Assembly (NCBI GenBank): GCA_016712535.1 | Contig: JADJQW010000002.1 | Location: forward strand, 852,458 to 916,457 | Direction: 5' to 3' | Length of the DNA: 64,000 nucleotides | Source of the DNA: Flavobacteriales bacterium | GTDB lineage: Bacteria; Bacteroidota; Bacteroidia; Flavobacteriales_F; PHOS-HE28 | Part shown: one piece after another, positions 38,762 through 49,861 of the stretch | Layout of the letters: each line of letters opens with the position of its first letter | How positions within the stretch are numbered: the first letter of the stretch is position 1 | Translations under genes and position numbers: made by a program | The notes under the pieces: model-generated | The model's input: the letters and a program-made list of their open reading frames with translations, nothing else | Told to the model about the DNA's origin: nothing | Database searches by the model: none

Positions 38762-41176
38762 TCATCCTTCAACCACCGTCAGCTTCGCGAACCTTAGTAG
38801 CAATTGCTTCTGCCCTGCGCTAGGGAAGAAAACAGTGGCTTTCAAGTCGGGTGCATGGCCTTCCACCTTCAGCACCTTGCCCTTGCCGAAGCGCTCGTGC
38901 TCCACGGTCTGGCCTTCCTGCAGGTCAGGGACAAGCCCACCCAAGGTGCGCGTGGCTTGCAAGGGAGTCCCACTGGCGCTGATGCGTTTCAGGTTCTTGC
39001 GCTCGGGTTCGGTGGATGCGGGCGTGCGTGTTGCCGGTGCCGGCTTGGAGTACGGAGCTGCCTTCGCGATCCCGGGTGCGCTGCGCTCGCGTCCATAAAT
39101 GGGTCGTGATGCTTGCTCGTCACTGCTTCTGTCGCTCGATGCCGTCTTCCGCGCCCAAGGCGGAGTGCCCTTGTCGAAGCCGGTGAAGAGTGATGGACGT
39201 TCCGCCTGCCTCGGCATCTCCAAGTACTTCGGGTCGATCTCGTCGATGAAGCGGCTGGGCTCGCTGGCGGTGAGGTTGCCCCATTTGTAGCGGCTCATCG
39301 CATAGCTCAGCGTGCAGCGCTTCTCGGCGCGCGTGATGGCCACATAGAAGAGGCGGCGCTCCTCTTCGAGGTCGGCGCGGCTCTGCATTGAAAGCGTGTT
39401 GGGGAAGAGATCTTCTTCCAGGCCCACCACATGCACGTACGGGAACTCGAGGCCCTTCGCGCTGTGGATGGTCATCAGGCTCACGCGGTCGTTGTCGTTC
39501 GGGTCGTCCTTGTCGGCATCGGTCAGCAGGGCCACGTCGATGAGGAAATCGCTCAGCGTACGTGGCACGTCGGTGCCTTCGGCCTGCGCATCGCTGAACT
39601 CCTTCATGCCGGCGATCAGCTCCATGATGTTCTCGTAGCGGCTAACGCCTTCGGGCGTCTTGTCCGCGAAAAGGTCTTTGAGGATGCCTGTGCGCCGTGC
39701 GATCTCCTCGCCCAGCACCGCCGCGCTATGCGTGGGCAGCTGTGCTTGGAACGCCTGGACCATCAGCACGAAATCGGCGATGGCCTTTCGCGTGCCACCG
39801 TGCACATCGAGTTCTTGCAGATGCTGGAGGATCAAGTCCCAGATGGGCATCTGCTTCGCGGTGGCGGCTACCACGAGCTTGTCCACCGTGGTTTGCCCGA
39901 TGCCGCGCGTGGGGTAGTTGATCACGCGCTTCAGGGCCTCTTCATCGCGCGGATTGCACACGAGGCGGAAGTAGCTGATGAGGTCCTTGATCTCCTTTCG
40001 CTGGTAGAAGCTGAGGCCGCCGTAGATGCGATAGGGGAGGTTGAGCTTGCGCAGGGCTTCTTCCATGCTGCGGCTCTGCGCGTTGGTGCGGTACAGGATC
40101 GCGAAGCCCTTGTTCGGTACCTGGTTCTGCATCTTGGTCTCGAAGATGCTGTGGGCCACGAAGGCGCCTTCCTCGTTGTCGCTCAGCGAGCGGTGCACCT
40201 TGATCTTCTCGCCCTCGCCGTTGTCGGTCCAGATGGTCTTGTGGATCTGGTCCTTGTTCTTCTCGATGAGCGAATTCGCCGCTCCCACGATGGTCTTGGT
40301 GCTGCGGTAGTTCTGCTCGAGCTTGAAGAGCTTGTGGTCGGCGTAGTCGCTGCGGAAGTTGAGGATGTTCTGGATGTTCGCTCCGCGGAAGGCGTAGATG
40401 CTCTGGCTGTCGTCGCCCACGACGGTGATGTTCTCATGGCGCGCAGCCAGCGTCTTCACGATGCTGTACTGCACCGCGTTCGTATCCTGGTACTCGTCCA
40501 CGAGCAAGTATTGGAAACGGCTCTGGTACTTCACCATCGCCTCCGGATGATCGCGGAAGAGCAGGGCGGTGTTGTACAGCAGGTCATCGAAGTCCATGGC
40601 GCCGGAGCGGAAGCAGCGCTCGGCGTAGGCCTTGTACAATTCGCCCATGCGCTCGCGGCCCACGGCGGCGTCACCGGCCATCAGTTCGCCGTTGGCCAGG
40701 TATTCCAGCGGACCGATCAGGTTGTTCTTCGCGATGCTGATGCGGCTGTGCACCTGATTGGGCTTGTACAGCTTGTCGTCGAGCTGCCACTCCTTGAGGA
40801 TGGCCTTGATGACGCTGCGGCTGTCGTCGGTATCGTAGATCGTGAAGTCCTTCGGGTAGCCGAGCTTGTCGGCCTCGATGCGCAGGATGCGCGCGAACAC
40901 GCTGTGGAAGGTGCCCATCCACAGGTTGCGCGCCTCGCCGCTCTGCCCGCCGAGGATCTTCGCGATGCGCTCCTTCATCTCTCGCGCGGCCTTGTTGGTG
41001 AAGGTGAGCGCGAGGATGCGGAAGGGGTCCACGCCCTTGGCGGCCATCAGGTGGGCGATGCGCACGGTGAGCACGCGCGTCTTGCCGCTGCCAGCGCCGG
41101 CGATCACCATCATGGGGCCTTCTGTAGCTTCCACGGCGGCGCGCTGCGCGGGGTTGAGGCCGTCGAGGTAGTTCAT
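38762..41176 (-). CDS. ATP-dependent DNA helicase UvrD/PcrA family
   Basis: 804 aa. N-terminus MNYLDGLNPAQRAAVEATEGPMMVIAGAGSGKTRVLT (Walker A). Helicase motifs throughout. C-terminal extension with a basic region. Confidence 0.85.
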   Translation of the reverse strand: MNYLDGLNPAQRAAVEATEGPMMVIAGAGSGKTRVLTVRIAHLMAAKGVDPFRILALTFTNKAAREMKERIAKILGGQSGEARNLWMGTFHSVFARILRIEADKLGYPKDFTIYDTDDSRSVIKAILKEWQLDDKLYKPNQVHSRISIAKNNLIGPLEYLANGELMAGDAAVGRERMGELYKAYAERCFRSGAMDFDDLLYNTALLFRDHPEAMVKYQSRFQYLLVDEYQDTNAVQYSIVKTLAARHENITVVGDDSQSIYAFRGANIQNILNFRSDYADHKLFKLEQNYRSTKTIVGAANSLIEKNKDQIHKTIWTDNGEGEKIKVHRSLSDNEEGAFVAHSIFETKMQNQVPNKGFAILYRTNAQSRSMEEALRKLNLPYRIYGGLSFYQRKEIKDLISYFRLVCNPRDEEALKRVINYPTRGIGQTTVDKLVVAATAKQMPIWDLILQHLQELDVHGGTRKAIADFVLMVQAFQAQLPTHSAAVLGEEIARRTGILKDLFADKTPEGVSRYENIMELIAGMKEFSDAQAEGTDVPRTLSDFLIDVALLTDADKDDPNDNDRVSLMTIHSAKGLEFPYVHVVGLEEDLFPNTLSMQSRADLEEERRLFYVAITRAEKRCTLSYAMSRYKWGNLTASEPSRFIDEIDPKYLEMPRQAERPSLFTGFDKGTPPWARKTASSDRSSDEQASRPIYGRERSAPGIAKAAPYSKPAPATRTPASTEPERKNLKRISASGTPLQATRTLGGLVPDLQEGQTVEHERFGKGKVLKVEGHAPDLKATVFFPSAGQKQLLLRFAKLTVVEG

Positions 41177-41209
41177 CGGCGACGAAGGTAGACCGATGCT
41201 GAATGGTGC

Positions 41210-42217
41210 TCAGCGCTTGTCGCGAACCGGCTTGGTGCTGAGACGATAGGATGCGGCGTTGCCTTGGCCTGTCTTGGTGAGCACGCCTCCGTTGACAGCA
41301 TCCTTCAGGTCTCGTGTTGCGGTGGCCGTGCTGATCCATGGATGATAGGCCATGTACTCGCTTCGTCGGAAGGGCTCATCCTCTTTCCCGCGTCGGCGTC
41401 GATCCAGCAAGAAAACGCTGACCCGATCAGCGGGGAAGCTTACCGGATCGCGGGAGGCAAGGAGCTCCGCGAGCGCTTCCTCGATTCGTTCCAACGAATA
41501 AACGATGAAGCCCACGCAATCTCCACGGCGATCGGCATACTCGAGCGCGGCATGGTAGGCGGGCTCGGCGCGTTGGATGAAGGCCTCAACGGGCAAGTAC
41601 GTGAATACGGGCCAATGGCGCGCTAACAATGCGCGTTGCCAGAGGCGGGCCAGGCGGCCATTACCTGCTGTGAAGGGGCGCAGATAGACCAATCCGAAGT
41701 GCAGCACGCAACTGGTAAGCAAGGGGGGGAAGTCATCCTCCTCAACGTAGCGGAGCAATTCCTGAACAGCCACGGATAAGCCCTTCGCTGGAGCGGTACG
41801 AAGTGGTTGGGGATCTCCATAGAACACCTCTATGGTCCCAGCGCGGTAATGTCCGGCGTCCATGGCCAGGCCATGCATGAGCACGCTGTGGGCTTGGCGG
41901 AGGTCTTGTTCTGCGAATGGGTCGAAACCGGCGATCTGCTCATAGAGCCGGTGGGTGTTCACCGCTTCAAGTGCCACTGGTCCTTTTGTCGATGCCGCGT
42001 GGTCCATCATCAACTCGGCGATGGGCCCGTGATCGAGCACGCTGCCCTCTATGGCCAAGGTGGCCTGCACGGCGCTCACCCGGTAGGTCTTGTCCAACCC
42101 ATGGGGCGCGAGGTGAAGCTGCCGGGCATGGACCTGCCCGAGTTGGTGATGCACAGCAGTAAGCAGATGCAAAACGCGCGGGCTAATGGAGTGAAAGGTG
42201 ATGCTCGAGATGTCCAT
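41210..42217 (-). CDS. Fic-family protein with degenerate active-site motif and C-terminal winged-helix
   Basis: 335 aa. The Fic core motif reads RPFTAGNGRLARLW, where the consensus is HPFx[DE]GNGR. Confidence 0.75.
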   Translation of the reverse strand: MDISSITFHSISPRVLHLLTAVHHQLGQVHARQLHLAPHGLDKTYRVSAVQATLAIEGSVLDHGPIAELMMDHAASTKGPVALEAVNTHRLYEQIAGFDPFAEQDLRQAHSVLMHGLAMDAGHYRAGTIEVFYGDPQPLRTAPAKGLSVAVQELLRYVEEDDFPPLLTSCVLHFGLVYLRPFTAGNGRLARLWQRALLARHWPVFTYLPVEAFIQRAEPAYHAALEYADRRGDCVGFIVYSLERIEEALAELLASRDPVSFPADRVSVFLLDRRRRGKEDEPFRRSEYMAYHPWISTATATRDLKDAVNGGVLTKTGQGNAASYRLSTKPVRDKR

Positions 42218-42221
42218 TTAA

Positions 42222-42238
42222 CGAATCAAATGATTCGA
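42222..42238. promoter_or_regulatory. palindrome CGAATCA-AA-TGATTCG in the fic leader, with an upstream TACCTTTG -7-like element (minus strand)
   Basis: On the minus strand the sequence reads …TACCTTTGttCGAATCATTTGATTCGttaaATG. TAnnTTTG is the known Bacteroidetes -7 consensus. Confidence 0.35.
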
Positions 42239-42525
42239 ACAAAGGTAGAGTTAAGAACTGAGCGCTTTCTGTAAAGCGCGAGCTGATTCGGGGGTGATCA
42301 GCAGCATGGCACCTTTCAGAATCGTATCTCACAAAACGGCTGATCGACAGTGATATATGAGTAAGCCGCCGCACGGGAAGCAGCACAAATCCTTGTGCTC
42401 GTCCATTGTCCTTGAAGAAAATTCCATGAACAGGACTTGGTGGGAAACACAGTTCCGCTACTTTCGCAGCCCGTTTTCCGCCAGAAAAACACGGAAACGC
42501 CTGACAGTCAAGCCGAAAGCACCTC

Positions 42526-42924
42526 ATGCCAACGATTCAGCAGCTCATCCGCAAAGGCCGCGAGAACCCGGTCTACAAGAGCAAGTCGATTGCTCTGAAG
42601 TCGTGCCCCCAGCGCCGTGGCGTGTGCACCAAGGTGTACACCACCACGCCGAAGAAGCCGAACTCGGCACTTCGCAAGGTGGCCAAGGTGCGCCTGGTGA
42701 ATGGTTACGAAGTGATCGCTTACATCGGCGGCGAGGGCCATAACCTGCAGGAACACAGCATCGTGCTCGTGCGCGGTGGCAGGGTGAAGGACCTGCCCGG
42801 CGTGAAGTACCACATCGTGCGCGGCGTGCTCGACACCAGCGGTGTTGAAGGACGAAACCAGCGCCGCAGCAAGTACGGCACCAAGAAGCCCAAGGCCGGA
42901 GCCGCTCCTGCCAAGAAGAAGTAA
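42526..42924 (+). CDS. rpsL: 30S ribosomal protein S12
   Basis: [13 protein letters not shown]…[11 protein letters not shown]. Classic S12. Confidence 0.97.
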   Translation: MPTIQQLIRKGRENPVYKSKSIALKSCPQRRGVCTKVYTTTPKKPNSALRKVAKVRLVNGYEVIAYIGGEGHNLQEHSIVLVRGGRVKDLPGVKYHIVRGVLDTSGVEGRNQRRSKYGTKKPKAGAAPAKKK

Positions 42925-42949
42925 GCGCTAACGGAAAAGGAACAGGAAC

Positions 42950-43414
42950 ATGCGCAAGAAAGCAGTCAAGCACACCACGCTGCCCGATCCCAAGTTCGGC
43001 GACGAGCAGGTGACCAAGTTCGTGAACAACCTGATGTACGACGGCAAGAAGAGCAAGTCGTTCGACATCTTCTACAACGCCATCGACATCGTGGCGGAGA
43101 AGAGCGGGGAGGACGGCCTGGAGATCTTCCGCAAGGCCCTCACGAACGTGACGCCCCAAGTGGAAGTGCGCAGCCGCCGCGTTGGCGGTGCCAACTTCCA
43201 GATTCCCCAACAGGTGCGCGAGGAGCGCAAGAAGAGCTTGGCCATGAAGTGGCTGATCGGCTATGCGCGCGGACGCAATGAGCGCAGCATGGCGCAGAAG
43301 CTCGCCAACGAGATCCTCGCGGCCAGCAAGGAGGAAGGAGCGGCCTTCAAGAAGAAAGAGGAGATCCACAAGATGGCCGAGGCCAACAAGGCCTTCAGCC
43401 ACTTCCGGTTCTGA
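42950..43414 (+). CDS. rpsG: 30S ribosomal protein S7
   Basis: 154 aa. S7 signature. Confidence 0.95.
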   Translation: MRKKAVKHTTLPDPKFGDEQVTKFVNNLMYDGKKSKSFDIFYNAIDIVAEKSGEDGLEIFRKALTNVTPQVEVRSRRVGGANFQIPQQVREERKKSLAMKWLIGYARGRNERSMAQKLANEILAASKEEGAAFKKKEEIHKMAEANKAFSHFRF

Positions 43415-43438
43415 TAACGACGGTAGAGCAAGCGAGCA

Positions 43439-45547
43439 ATGGCCAAAAGGGACCTGACATACACGCGGAACATCGGCATCATGGCCCACATCGATGCGGG
43501 CAAGACGACGACTTCCGAGCGCATCCTCTACTACACCGGGCTGGTTCACAAGATCGGCGAGGTGCATGATGGCGCCGCCACCATGGACTGGATGGAGCAG
43601 GAGCAGGAGCGTGGCATCACCATTACTAGCGCCGCCACCACCACCAGTTGGAACTACCGCGGCGACAAGTACAAGATCAACTTGATCGACACCCCTGGCC
43701 ACGTAGACTTCACCGTTGAGGTGGAGCGCAGCCTGCGCGTGCTCGATGGCGCTGTTGCCCTCTTCTGCGCCGTAGGCGGTGTTGAGCCTCAGAGCGAGAC
43801 CGTTTGGCGTCAGGCCAACAAGTACAAGGTGCCGCGCATCGGTTTCGTGAACAAGATGGACCGCAGCGGGGCCGACTTCTTCAGCGTTGTTGCGCAGATC
43901 CGGGAGCGTTTGGGCGCGAACCCGGTTCCCTTGCAGGTGCCCATCGGCGCCGAAGCCGATTTCCTCGGTGTGGTCGACCTGATCAACAACCGCGGCATGG
44001 TGTGGAACGAATCCGACCAGGGCATGACCTGGAAGGAAGTCCCCATTCCCGAGGACCTGAAGGACACCGTGAAGGAGTGGCGCGATAAGCTCATCGAAGC
44101 CGTTGCCGAGAGCGACGACAAGTTGATGGAGAAGTATTTCGCCGACCCCGATAGCCTGACCGAGGCGGAGGTGATGGAGGCCGTGCGCAAGAGCACGATC
44201 AACATGAGCATCACGCCCATCCTCTGTGGCAGCGCCTTCAAGAACAAAGGCGTGCAGACCATGCTCGATGCGGTGATGGCCTACCTGCCCAGCCCTTTGG
44301 ATTTGGAAGCTGTGACAGGCATTGACCCGAGAACGGATGCGGAGGCAACCCGTAAACCCGATCCGGATGAGCCCTTTGCCGGACTGGCATTCAAGATCGC
44401 GACGGATCCGTTCGTGGGCCGCTTGGCGTTCTTCCGCGCTTACAGCGGCGTGCTCGAGGCCGGAAGCTACGTGCTCAATACCCGCAGTGATAAGAAGGAG
44501 CGCATCAGCCGCATCTTCCAGATGCACTCCAACAAGCAGAATCCCGTGGAGCGCATCGAGGCAGGTGACATCGGTGCCGCGGTTGGTTTCAAGGATATCC
44601 GCACGGGCGATACGCTTTGCGCTGAAGACCACCCGATCATCCTCGAGAGCATGAGCTTCCCCGAGCCGGTCATCGGCATCGCGGTGGAGCCCAAGACACA
44701 GGCTGACCTGGACAAGATGGGCGCCGCCTTGGCGAAGCTCGCTGAGGAGGACCCTACCTTCAAGGTCCACACCGACGAGGATACGGGCCAGACCGTGATC
44801 AGCGGCATGGGCGAATTGCACTTGGAGATCCTCGTGGACCGCATGAAGCGCGAGTTCAAGGTGGAGTGCAACCAGGGTGCGCCGCAGGTGAAGTACAAGG
44901 AAGCCATCAGCGGCAGCGTGGAGCACCGCGAATTGTACAAGAAGCAAACGGGTGGCCGGGGCAAATTCGCCGACATCCATGTGCGTATCGAGCCGCAGAC
45001 GGACCCCGCCAAATTGGGCTTGGAGTTCATCGACGAGATCAAGGGCGGTTCGATCCCGAAGGAATTCATCGGTCCGGTTTCCAAGGGCTTCGAGGCTTCC
45101 TTGAAGAATGGCGTGCTCGCAGGCTTCCCGATGGAAAGCCTGAAAGTGACGCTGTACGACGGTTCCTTCCACAACGTGGACTCCGATGCGCTGAGCTTCG
45201 AGATCTGCGCCAAGGCTGCGTTCCGCAACGCGGTTCCCAAGTGCAAGCCCGTGCTGCTCGAGCCGATCATGAAGATCGAGGTGATCACGCCCGAGGAGAA
45301 CATGGGCGATATCGTGGGCGACCTCAATCGCCGTCGCGGTACGATCATGGGCATGGAGGACCGCGCTGGCGCGAAAGCCATCAAGGGCACGGTGCCCTTG
45401 AGCGAGATGTTCGGCTATGTGACCTCCCTGCGCACCATGAGCTCTGGCCGCGCCAGCAGCACCATGGAATTCAGCCATTACGTTCCTGCACCCAACAACG
45501 TCACCGAAGCCGTATTGGCCAAAGTGCGTGGAAAAGTGTCTGCCTAA
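43439..45547 (+). CDS. fusA: elongation factor G
   Basis: 702 aa. [22 protein letters not shown]-motifs. Confidence 0.97.
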   Translation: MAKRDLTYTRNIGIMAHIDAGKTTTSERILYYTGLVHKIGEVHDGAATMDWMEQEQERGITITSAATTTSWNYRGDKYKINLIDTPGHVDFTVEVERSLRVLDGAVALFCAVGGVEPQSETVWRQANKYKVPRIGFVNKMDRSGADFFSVVAQIRERLGANPVPLQVPIGAEADFLGVVDLINNRGMVWNESDQGMTWKEVPIPEDLKDTVKEWRDKLIEAVAESDDKLMEKYFADPDSLTEAEVMEAVRKSTINMSITPILCGSAFKNKGVQTMLDAVMAYLPSPLDLEAVTGIDPRTDAEATRKPDPDEPFAGLAFKIATDPFVGRLAFFRAYSGVLEAGSYVLNTRSDKKERISRIFQMHSNKQNPVERIEAGDIGAAVGFKDIRTGDTLCAEDHPIILESMSFPEPVIGIAVEPKTQADLDKMGAALAKLAEEDPTFKVHTDEDTGQTVISGMGELHLEILVDRMKREFKVECNQGAPQVKYKEAISGSVEHRELYKKQTGGRGKFADIHVRIEPQTDPAKLGLEFIDEIKGGSIPKEFIGPVSKGFEASLKNGVLAGFPMESLKVTLYDGSFHNVDSDALSFEICAKAAFRNAVPKCKPVLLEPIMKIEVITPEENMGDIVGDLNRRRGTIMGMEDRAGAKAIKGTVPLSEMFGYVTSLRTMSSGRASSTMEFSHYVPAPNNVTEAVLAKVRGKVSA

Positions 45548-45560
45548 TCCGCGAACCCAG

Positions 45561-45866
45561 ATGACCCAGAAGATCCGGATCAAGCTCAAATCGTACGACC
45601 ATAACCTGGTTGACAAGAGCGCGGAGAAGATCGTGAAGACGGTGAAGACCACCGGCGCCGTGGTGAGCGGTCCTATTCCCCTGCCCACCCACAAGCGCTC
45701 CTTCACTGTCCTGCGCAGCCCGCACGTCAACAAGAAGGCCCGCGAGCAGTTCCAGCTGTGCAGCTACAAGCGCATGATGGACATCTACAGCTCCTCGAGC
45801 AAGACGATTGATGCGCTGATGAAGCTGGAGCTCCCCAGCGGCGTGGAGGTGGAGATCAAAGTCTGA
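45561..45866 (+). CDS. rpsJ: 30S ribosomal protein S10
   Basis: ORF 45528..45866. ATG at 45561 ([14 protein letters not shown]). Confidence 0.95.
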   Translation: MTQKIRIKLKSYDHNLVDKSAEKIVKTVKTTGAVVSGPIPLPTHKRSFTVLRSPHVNKKAREQFQLCSYKRMMDIYSSSSKTIDALMKLELPSGVEVEIKV

Positions 45867-45912
45867 CCGGGAACCCAAGGCAACAGCAGTTCTCGACTCA
45901 ACAACATCAGCC

Positions 45913-46530
45913 ATGAGCGGACTAATCGGAAAGAAAATCGGGATGACCAGCCTGTTCGATACGGACGGCAGCCTTGTGGCTTGCACCGTGATCGAGGCTG
46001 CCCCTAACGTGGTGAGCCAGGTGAAGACCGCGGAGAAGGACGGCTACCAGGCGGTGCAACTGGCTTTCGGCGAGCGCCGCGCGAAAAGCTCGAATGCAGC
46101 CGAGATGGGCCACTACAAGAAGGCCAATACCACTCCCAAGGTGAAGTCGCACGAGTTCAAGGAATTCGAGACCGAGCTGAAGCTGGGCGATACCGTTGAC
46201 GTCAACCTATTCGAGGAAGGCAGCTTCGTCACGGTCACTGGCAACAGCAAGGGCAAGGGCTTCCAGGGCGTAGTGAAGCGCCACGGCTTCAGCGGCGTGG
46301 GCGAAGCCACCCACGGCCAGCATGATCGAAGCCGCGCTCCCGGTTCGCTGGGCGGCAGCTCTTACCCCAGCCGCGTGTTCAAGGGCATGCGCATGGCGGG
46401 CCGCACCGGCGGGAACAAGATCACCACCGAGAACCTGAAGGTGGTGAAAGTGGATGCTAGCAAGAACCTGTTGCTGCTCAAGGGCACCGTTCCCGGTCCC
46501 AAAGGCAGCATCGTCATCATCTGGAAGTAA
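45913..46530 (+). CDS. rplC: 50S ribosomal protein L3
   Basis: 205 aa. L3 signature. Confidence 0.95.
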   Translation: MSGLIGKKIGMTSLFDTDGSLVACTVIEAAPNVVSQVKTAEKDGYQAVQLAFGERRAKSSNAAEMGHYKKANTTPKVKSHEFKEFETELKLGDTVDVNLFEEGSFVTVTGNSKGKGFQGVVKRHGFSGVGEATHGQHDRSRAPGSLGGSSYPSRVFKGMRMAGRTGGNKITTENLKVVKVDASKNLLLLKGTVPGPKGSIVIIWK

Positions 46531-46531
46531 G

Positions 46532-47164
46532 ATGGAGATCGAGATCTACAGCAAGGACGGCAAGTCCACCGGCAAGAAAGCCAAGCTGAACGATGCGGTG
46601 TTCGCCATCGAGCAGCCCAACGACCACGCCATCTGGCTGGACGTGAAGCAGCACCTGGCCAACAAGCGCCAAGGCACCGCCAAGACGCTCGAGAAGAGCG
46701 AGGTGAGCGGAAGCAGCAAGAAGCTGCATCGCCAGAAGGGCACCGGCGGCAGCCGCAAAGGCTCCATCAAGAGCCCGCTCTTCCCAGGTGGCGCGCGCGT
46801 CTTCGGCCCGAAGCCACGCGATTACCACTTCAAGCTGAACAAGAAGGTGAAGGACCTGGCCCGCCGCAGCGCCCTCACCTACAAGGCCAAGGATGGCGCG
46901 ATCAAGGTGCTCGACAGCGCCGCCATGAGCGCACCCAGGACCAAGGAATTCGCGGCGCTGCTCAACGCCTTCTCGCTCGGTGCGCGCAAGGCCGTGATCG
47001 TGGTGCCCGCCAAGGATGAGAACCTGCTGCTGAGCAGCCGCAATGTGCAGCGCGCCCGCGTGGTGGTTGCCAGCGAGCTCAGCACCTACGATATCATGAA
47101 CGCCAACGGGCTGATCATCGCCAAGGACGCGATCGCCCCGTTGGAGGCAACCCTTACCAAGTAA
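46532..47164 (+). CDS. rplD: 50S ribosomal protein L4
   Basis: ORF 46454..47164. ATG at 46532 (MEIEIYSKDG). Confidence 0.93.
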   Translation: MEIEIYSKDGKSTGKKAKLNDAVFAIEQPNDHAIWLDVKQHLANKRQGTAKTLEKSEVSGSSKKLHRQKGTGGSRKGSIKSPLFPGGARVFGPKPRDYHFKLNKKVKDLARRSALTYKAKDGAIKVLDSAAMSAPRTKEFAALLNAFSLGARKAVIVVPAKDENLLLSSRNVQRARVVVASELSTYDIMNANGLIIAKDAIAPLEATLTK

Positions 47165-47167
47165 GCC

Positions 47168-47461
47168 ATGAGCCAGATCATCATCCGACCCATCGTCACG
47201 GAGAAGCTCACGGCCCAGGGCGAGAAGGAGAACCGCTACGGCTTCGTGGTTGACCGCACCAGCAACAAGGTGCAGATCAAGGAAGCCGTGGAGAAGGAAT
47301 ACAAAGTCACCGTTACCGGTGTGCGCACCATGATCAGCCATGGGAAGCGTCGCACGCGCTACACCAAGAGCCTCATCCTCCGCGGCCGTACGCCCTCAGT
47401 GAAGAAGGCCATCGTTACCGTGAAGGCCGGCGACACCATCGATCTCTACAGCAGCATCTAA
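47168..47461 (+). CDS. rplW: 50S ribosomal protein L23
   Basis: 97 aa. Confidence 0.93.
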   Translation: MSQIIIRPIVTEKLTAQGEKENRYGFVVDRTSNKVQIKEAVEKEYKVTVTGVRTMISHGKRRTRYTKSLILRGRTPSVKKAIVTVKAGDTIDLYSSI

Positions 47462-47464
47462 GCC

Positions 47465-48304
47465 ATGGGTATCCGCAAGCTCAACCCCGTTACCGCCGGC
47501 ACGCGCCACCGCGTGATCACCGACTTCGAGGGCGTGACTACCAACGTGCCGGAGAAGTCCCTGACCAGCGGCACCACCAAGTCAGGTGGCCGCAACAACC
47601 AGGGAAAGATGACCATGCGCTACATCGGCGGTGGTCATAAGCAGCGCTACCGCATCGTCGATGTGAAGCGAGACAAGCACGGCATCCCTGCAACGGTGAA
47701 GACCATCGAGTACGATCCGAACCGCAGCGCCCGGATCGCCCTGCTCAATTACGCGGATGGCGAGAAGCGGTACATCCTCGCACCGAATGGCCTGCAGGTA
47801 GGGCAGACGCTCTTGAGCGGCCGCAGCGGGGTCGCGCCCGAAGTAGGCAACGCGCTCCCGCTGAGCGAGATTCCGTTGGGCACCGTGGTGCACAACGTGG
47901 AACTGCAGCCCGGCAAGGGCGGGTCCATCGCGCGCAGCGCAGGCACCTTCGCGCAGCTCAGCGCGCGTGAGGGCCGGTACGCCACCTTGAAGATGCCGAG
48001 CGGCGAACTGCGCATGGTGCTGGTGGCCTGCCTGGCAACCGTTGGCACCGTGGGCAACGGCGAGCACATGCTGCAGAAGAGCGGCAAGGCCGGCCGCAGC
48101 CGCTGGCAGGGCCGTCGTCCGCGCACCCGCCCGGTGGCCATGAACCCGGTGGATCACCCGATGGGCGGTGGCGAAGGCCGCGCCTCCGGCGGGCATCCGC
48201 GCAGCCGCAAGGGCTTGCTGGCCAAAGGCAAGAAGACCCGCGCGCCGAAGAGCCGCAGCAATCGCTTCATCCTGGAACGCATCAACGCCAAGAAGGGCGC
48301 CTAG
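47465..48304 (+). CDS. rplB: 50S ribosomal protein L2
   Basis: 279 aa. Confidence 0.96.
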   Translation: MGIRKLNPVTAGTRHRVITDFEGVTTNVPEKSLTSGTTKSGGRNNQGKMTMRYIGGGHKQRYRIVDVKRDKHGIPATVKTIEYDPNRSARIALLNYADGEKRYILAPNGLQVGQTLLSGRSGVAPEVGNALPLSEIPLGTVVHNVELQPGKGGSIARSAGTFAQLSAREGRYATLKMPSGELRMVLVACLATVGTVGNGEHMLQKSGKAGRSRWQGRRPRTRPVAMNPVDHPMGGGEGRASGGHPRSRKGLLAKGKKTRAPKSRSNRFILERINAKKGA

Positions 48305-48318
48305 TCCAAGCATAGATC

Positions 48319-48588
48319 ATGAGCCGTTCACTCAAGAAACCGCCGTTCATCCACTACAAGCTGAGCAAGCGCGTGGCTGACGCCCAGACCTCGGGCAAGA
48401 AGAACGTGATCAAGACCTGGTCGCGCGCTTCCACCATCAGCCCCGAATTCGTGGGCCTCACCATCGCCGTTCACAACGGCCGCAAGTTCATCCCCGTGTA
48501 CGTGACCGAGAACATGGTCGGTCACAAGCTGGGCGAGTTCGCGCCCACGCGCACCTTCCGCGGACACTCCGGCAACAAGAGCAATTGA
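48319..48588 (+). CDS. rpsS: 30S ribosomal protein S19
   Basis: 89 aa. Confidence 0.95.
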   Translation: MSRSLKKPPFIHYKLSKRVADAQTSGKKNVIKTWSRASTISPEFVGLTIAVHNGRKFIPVYVTENMVGHKLGEFAPTRTFRGHSGNKSN

Positions 48589-48590
48589 TC

Positions 48591-48989
48591 ATGGGACAGC
48601 GTAAGCATCTCGCCGCGAAAGCGCGCAAGGAAGCCATGAAGACCGTGGCCATCGCGCACCTGCGCAATGTGCCCACCAGCACCCGCCGCATGCGCCAGGT
48701 GGCCGACCTGATCCGCGGCGAGAACGTGGACAAGGCGCTGGGCATCCTGCGCTTCAGCACCCGCCACAGCAGCCGCGACCTGGAGAAGCTCCTGATGAGC
48801 GCGATCGCCAACTGGGAGGCCAAGAACGAAGGCCGCAAAGCCGACGAGGCCGCTCTGAAGGTGACAAGCGTGCAAGTGAATGAGGCCCGTGGCCTCAAGC
48901 GCATGCTGCCCGCTCCGCAAGGCCGCGCGTATCGCATGAAGAAGCGGAGCAACCACGTGAGCCTGATCGTCGACAGCACTCAAGCCTAA
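48591..48989 (+). CDS. rplV: 50S ribosomal protein L22
   Basis: ATG immediately after the S19 stop. Confidence 0.93.
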   Translation: MGQRKHLAAKARKEAMKTVAIAHLRNVPTSTRRMRQVADLIRGENVDKALGILRFSTRHSSRDLEKLLMSAIANWEAKNEGRKADEAALKVTSVQVNEARGLKRMLPAPQGRAYRMKKRSNHVSLIVDSTQA

Positions 48990-49006
48990 GCCGAGAACAA
49001 CGCACA

Positions 49007-49855
49007 ATGGGACAGAAAGCACATCCGATCGGGCAGCGCCTCGGCTTCATCAAGGGCTGGGACAGCAACTGGTACGGCGGCAACGACTACACCGAGAAAT
49101 TGGTGGAGGACGAGAAGATCCGCACCTACCTGATGGCCCGCTTGAAGAAAGCGAGCGTGAGCAAGATCGTCATCGAGCGCACCCTGAAGCTCGTGACCGT
49201 CACCATCAACACCGCGCGCCCGGGCGTGATCATCGGCAAGGGTGGCGCTGAAGTGGATAAGCTCCGCGAGGAGATGAAGAAGCTCACCGGCAAGGACGTG
49301 CAGCTGAACATCTTCGAGATCAAGCGCCCTGAGCTCGATGCCCGCTTGGTGGCCGACAGCATCGCGCGCCAGCTCGAAGGCCGCATCAGCTTCCGCCGCG
49401 CCATGAAGATGGCCGTGGCCAGCACCATGCGCATGGGTGCTGAAGGCATCAAGCTCCAAGTGAGCGGCCGTCTCAATGGTGCTGAGATCGCACGCACCGA
49501 GAAGTACCGCGATGGCCGTGTTCCCCTGCACACCCTGCGCGCCGACATCGATTTCGCCATCACCGAAGCGCACACCAAGATGGGCCGCATCGGAGTGAAA
49601 TGCTGGATCTGCCGCGGTGAGGTGTATGGCAAGCGCGACCTCAGCCCGAACGTAGGCCAGCCTAAAGGCGGGGGCCCGGCCGGGCCGCGCATGGGCGGTG
49701 ATCGTCCTGAGCGTCGTGGCGGTGATCGCCGTGGCCCGGGTGGAGATCGCCGTGGACCAGGCGGCCCTGGCGGAGAGCGTCGCTTCGGCGGCGGTGGTAA
49801 TGATCGTCGCGGCCCTGGCGGCGGCGGTCGTGGTGGAAATAACCGTAATAGCTAA
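49007..49855 (+). CDS. rpsC: 30S ribosomal protein S3 with an approximately 65-aa RGG/GD-rich C-terminal extension
   Basis: KH and S3-C domains are present. The tail [16 protein letters not shown]… is encoded by imperfect tandem nucleotide repeats. Confidence 0.95.
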   Translation: MGQKAHPIGQRLGFIKGWDSNWYGGNDYTEKLVEDEKIRTYLMARLKKASVSKIVIERTLKLVTVTINTARPGVIIGKGGAEVDKLREEMKKLTGKDVQLNIFEIKRPELDARLVADSIARQLEGRISFRRAMKMAVASTMRMGAEGIKLQVSGRLNGAEIARTEKYRDGRVPLHTLRADIDFAITEAHTKMGRIGVKCWICRGEVYGKRDLSPNVGQPKGGGPAGPRMGGDRPERRGGDRRGPGGDRRGPGGPGGERRFGGGGNDRRGPGGGGRGGNNRNS

Positions 49856-49861
49856 GAAGCC

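Noticed and set aside
38762-42217. UvrD-family helicase next to a Fic protein as a possible phage-defence pair
   Set aside because: The helicase has a full-length housekeeping UvrD/PcrA N-terminus and motifs. No nuclease, methylase or other defence-associated partner is present. The adjacency is probably coincidental.
42357-42743. 128-aa plus ORF upstream of and overlapping rpsL
   Set aside because: It runs out of frame through the conserved S12 gene. The region is better explained as the AT-rich promoter and leader of the str operon plus the fic promoter on the other strand.
42545-45733. 1062-aa minus-strand ORF across rpsL-rpsG-fusA
   Set aside because: Antisense shadow of the str operon. 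The same applies to 4663-5760, 7537-9492, 15330-17300, 22914-23675, 54618-56027 and 59126-60247.
49690-49850. tandem repeats that might be mistaken for a CRISPR-like array
   Set aside because: They lie inside the rpsC reading frame and encode an RGG-rich tail. There are no spacer-repeat regularity or cas genes.
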